A stretch of DNA of 63,390 bases, the filler included, from Bigelowiella natans CCMP2755 (taxonomy: Eukaryota > Protista > Cercozoa): NCBI GenBank assembly GCA_000320545.1. It is 7 parts of 7 records of this genome, joined end to end, with 100 filler letters (N's around TTAATTAATTAA, not from the genome) between each part and the next. Parts side by side here need not be neighbours in the genome. Positions count along the whole stretch, not along the records: positions 59,597 to 63,390 come from ADNK01002580.1; 6 more parts are not named here. The stretch is one strand, 5' to 3'. The stretch's first letter is position 1; each line of letters opens with the position of its first letter. Of the stretch, positions 62,638-63,390 are shown piece after piece. Both the position numbers and the translations under genes were made by a program. A model generated the notes under the pieces. That model made no database searches, was not told where the DNA came from, and saw only the letters and a list, made by a program, of their open reading frames with translations.

Positions 62638-62950
62638 TGCCCCCTTTCCCCCCTCCCACCCTGCAATCTCTCAACGCCAAGCAAGCACACATAAGGCGTT
62701 CGGGACTCACGCGGTGTTTTGCTCCCAGATCCTGAGGAGGAGAGGCGTGACGGTAGGAACAGTTTTGGCGGTGATCTCCGGGCTCACGCCTAAGGATGGT
62801 GGCCATGTATGCCCCCAACACAACGCAAAACAACAATCATCCTTCATACCAACGTGTGTTACAGAGATGCGAGCCACCCTTGCCCAACCAAACATGGATA
62901 CGACTGTTTGAGCAGGCCTTTGGGGCAACGAACGTTATTGTACATTCGTA
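59838..62950 (-). CDS. Multi-exon hypothetical helical (HEAT/ARM-like?) protein, 3' truncated
   Basis: Amphipathic exon peptides SPERLMCACLALRDCR, ITEAVNDILSLLAGLEGMAPAVLGKCVPPMIK, KGVIERAIELITAM, AFFQVVEPMLKLLLTTMDNSALQ, PVISAILRVLDRLLSDQ. Family not recognised. Confidence 0.4.
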
Positions 62951-63390
62951 TTTCTGTCTTTTCGTTACGATCACCTAGGCACAGCATCATCGTCTCCAGA
63001 GTCAGTCCCAGCTGTCGAGCACAAGCACAATCCCGGCATCATCAACACAGCTCGCGGGTGTGTGGGATATAAAGGAAACACCAGGCACGGCAAAGAGCAC
63101 CCGACAGGGCTATATAACCGAAAACATCGCTACACCTACAACGCTTCTCCAAAAAGAGGTGGACGAAGGGGGGCACGTGCATGCTATATGAGCGCGAGCT
63201 GCGCTGCGGATGGCAGAGGGAAAAGAGCCGGCCCTGCGGATATTAAATTCCAAGTGTTTTGCGGCAGGGGCGGCCTACCATATCGCCCTTTGTATCACTT
63301 AGCAGCCGGCACATGTTCGGCATGCACCTGTGGCGTGTGTCCCAAACAACAGAAAGAGCACACAAAACAAGAGGAAAAAGAAGAAGAAGA

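Larger units (their letters stand above)
1..63390. repeat. Dense microsatellites (AG/CT, AC/GT, AT, CAT/GAT, TAC/GTA, CAG, GAG, poly-G/C), mostly intronic
   Basis: Directly visible, e.g. (CT)n at 1021-1048, (TA)n at 1304-1337 and (GT)n at 8133-8165. Tracts are commonly ~25-35 bp and often compound. Confidence 0.97.

Overview
Eukaryotic nuclear DNA, probably from a SAR-type protist (inferred from the gene style, not established). It is intron-rich, and the introns are packed with microsatellites. The window is seven contigs joined by six artificial 100-bp spacers (N-run/TTAATTAATTAA/N-run), so adjacency across them is not evidence of linkage. Genes recognised by splicing exons by eye: an MFSD5-like molybdate transporter, a U1/matrin-type zinc-finger low-complexity protein, a GT2 glycosyltransferase, intronless SDH4, a TMEM242-like protein, a SREK1IP1/CXIP4-like protein, a MORN + adenylate-kinase-like + paladin-like pseudophosphatase fusion, tryptophan synthase beta, a PI3K catalytic domain, topoisomerase II and a TAP/ABCB9-like half-transporter. 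Non-coding and mobile features: a tandemly duplicated H/ACA snoRNA with predictable 5.8S and LSU rRNA targets, a young Ty3/Gypsy element (5' LTR, PBS, gag-pol) and a 20-bp perfect hairpin. The most striking signal is compositional. Intergenic tracts next to the Gypsy LTR and around an unidentified 39-kb relic have almost no TAC/TAT (or GTA/ATA), while CTAG survives and CATG/TGCA/GCAT are abundant. This is the pattern expected from a localized TAY->TGY (A-to-G) hypermutation process, a possible RIP-like genome-defence system acting on adenine. Exon boundaries and gene ends are approximate; most ORF-track entries are microsatellite artefacts.
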